Made by a program: the position numbers and the translations under genes
Origin: Candidatus Aminicenantes bacterium
GTDB taxonomy: Bacteria; Acidobacteriota; Aminicenantia; S016-38
Reading direction: 5' to 3'
NCBI GenBank assembly: GCA_021161165.1
Contig: JAGHBF010000114.1
Span: 1-37,162 of the forward strand
Length of the DNA stretch: 37,162 nucleotides
Shown: positions 35,847 through 37,162 of the stretch, in pieces
Position numbering within the stretch: position 1 is the stretch's first letter
Layout of the letters: each line of letters starts with the position of its first letter
Notes under the pieces: model-generated
Told to the model about the DNA's origin: nothing
Seen by the model: the letters and a program-made list of their open reading frames with translations, nothing else
Database searches by the model: none

Positions 35847-36919
35847 GGAAAACCCTTCAGATAAAGGTGGGGGAAGTAACTATAGGAGGCGGAGCCCCTG
35901 TTCGCGTCCAGTCAATGACAAAAACTGATACAGAAGAGTGGAAGTCGACACTTGATCAGATAAAGGAGCTCGCAGATGCAGGATGTGAGATTATTAGAAT
36001 TGCAGTCCCAAGAAAATCTGTTCTTCCTTCCTTTGAAAAAATAGTAAAAAATTCTCCCATCCCTGTTATTGCTGATATACACTATGACTGGAGACTGGCT
36101 GTTGAAGCCGCTGAAAGGGGTGCCCATGGGTTGAGGATAAATCCGGGGAACATAGGAGAAGCCTGGAAGGTGGAAAAGATAATTGATGCAGCCAGGAAAG
36201 CAGAAATTCCCATAAGGATAGGAGTAAACTCAGGTTCCCTTCCAGCTCACATTTTGAAAAATTATGGGAGTGCTACCTCAGATGGGATGGTGGAAGCAGC
36301 ACTTGAGTATGTTAAATTTTTTGAATCTCTGGAGTTCAGGAATATAAAACTCTCTCTTAAAGCTTCTGATGTTAAGAGAACAGTTGAAGCTTACAGAAAA
36401 ATTTCCAAGCTTGTCCCGTATCCCCTTCATGTAGGTATTACTGAGGCTGGGACACTTCTTACAGGAACGGTTAAAAGTTCTGTTGGGATTGGGATTCTTC
36501 TTTCTGAAGGCATAGGAGATACTATAAGGGTTTCGCTTGCAGCCCCACCTATTTATGAAGTTAAAGTGGGTTGGGAAATATTGAAATCCCTTGGTTTGAG
36601 AAAAAAGGGGGTTGAGCTGATAGCCTGCCCTACCTGTGGGAGGCTTGAGGTGGACCTCTTGCCCATAGTAGATGAAATTGAAAAGAGACTTGAGGTGCTA
36701 GAGGTTCCAATGAAAATAGCTATTATGGGATGCGTGGTAAATGGGCCTGGAGAGGCAAGAGAAGCAGATATAGGTCTTGCCTGTGGGAGAGGAGTGGGTG
36801 TTATTTTCGAAAAGGGAAAGATTGTGGAGAGGGTAGAGGAAACTGAGATGGTTGAGAGATTTCTTGGCAGGGTTTACAAACTTGCTGAGAAAATGAAGAA
36901 AAATGAAAGGAATTCTTGA
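35843..36919 (+). CDS. ispG: 4-hydroxy-3-methylbut-2-en-1-yl diphosphate synthase
   Basis: 358 aa with PVRVQSMT, RINPGN, and the Fe-S Cys motifs ACPTCGR and GCVVNGPGE. Confidence 0.92.
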   Translation: MRKTLQIKVGEVTIGGGAPVRVQSMTKTDTEEWKSTLDQIKELADAGCEIIRIAVPRKSVLPSFEKIVKNSPIPVIADIHYDWRLAVEAAERGAHGLRINPGNIGEAWKVEKIIDAARKAEIPIRIGVNSGSLPAHILKNYGSATSDGMVEAALEYVKFFESLEFRNIKLSLKASDVKRTVEAYRKISKLVPYPLHVGITEAGTLLTGTVKSSVGIGILLSEGIGDTIRVSLAAPPIYEVKVGWEILKSLGLRKKGVELIACPTCGRLEVDLLPIVDEIEKRLEVLEVPMKIAIMGCVVNGPGEAREADIGLACGRGVGVIFEKGKIVERVEETEMVERFLGRVYKLAEKMKKNERNS

Positions 36920-37162
36920 CAGACTTTATGAAACTTCTCCAGTTTATCTGTTTAATAGGGAGAGCAGGATAGTAATCTTCAGTGATATTCATAAAGGAGA
37001 TGGCGGGGATAGCGATGATTTTAGAGAAAATGCTGACATTTATCACTCCGCTCTTGAGCATTACTATGAAAATGGATTTATCCTTATTCTTTTGGGAGAT
37101 ATAGAGGAGCTTTGGGAAGATGACCTTGATGATGTGATGTTGAGGTATCCCGGCATTTTTGA
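36903..37162 (+). CDS. Calcineurin-like metallophosphoesterase; C-terminus lies beyond the window edge
   Basis: Not in the ORF track because it runs off the window. My translation from the ATG at 36903 is MKGILDRLYETSPVYLFNRESRIVIFSDIHKGDGGDSDDF...FILILLGDIEELWEDD..., open to base 37162. The D-x-H and GD-x-x-E motifs are in the expected order. It overlaps ispG by 17 nt. Confidence 0.6.
   Translation, partial: MKGILDRLYETSPVYLFNRESRIVIFSDIHKGDGGDSDDFRENADIYHSALEHYYENGFILILLGDIEELWEDDLDDVMLRYPGIF

Overview
This is a 37.2-kb, AT-rich, very gene-dense bacterial chromosomal segment with about 41 protein genes and one tRNA. The proteins are rich in K, E and I, which suggests a thermophile, but I cannot place the phylum. 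Most of the content is housekeeping. It includes a tricorn-type protease, a rhodanese lipoprotein, tRNA-Val(CAC) with a near-consensus promoter, a fused M16 peptidase and two MacB/FtsX-type permeases. It also includes NfnAB-like ferredoxin:NADP oxidoreductase, a short RNase HIII-like gene, menA, uvrC, acpS, a yggS-yggT-divIVA-yggU block, an NCS2 purine permease, an ABC-2 exporter, pilD, an orphan histidine kinase and coaE. A small sugar-modification cluster follows (UXS-like decarboxylase, M20 peptidase, GT4, methyltransferase, GATase), then pspC and the classic uppS-cdsA-dxr-rseP-ispG block. Two genes cut by the window edges were recovered by hand translation (1-842 on the minus strand, 36903-37162 on the plus strand). 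I saw no CRISPR array, IS/transposase, integrase, rRNA or prophage signature, and no convincing riboswitch or sRNA in the few intergenic gaps. Items worth a second look: (1) A 278-aa protein has a prepilin-like N-terminus, a TPR-like insert and a GspG-like C-terminus; it sits inside an ABC-2 operon and overlaps pilD. (2) coaE has its Walker A loop upstream of the first ATG, with no ATG, GTG or TTG available; an SD-positioned ATT start or -1 recoding could explain this. (3) A minimal Clp1-family polynucleotide-kinase-like gene. (4) An RNase HIII-like gene without the N-terminal domain, abutting nfnB in frame. (5) A pentapeptide uORF created by a tandem SD-ATG duplication in front of menA. All functional calls rest on motif recognition by eye; no searches were run.
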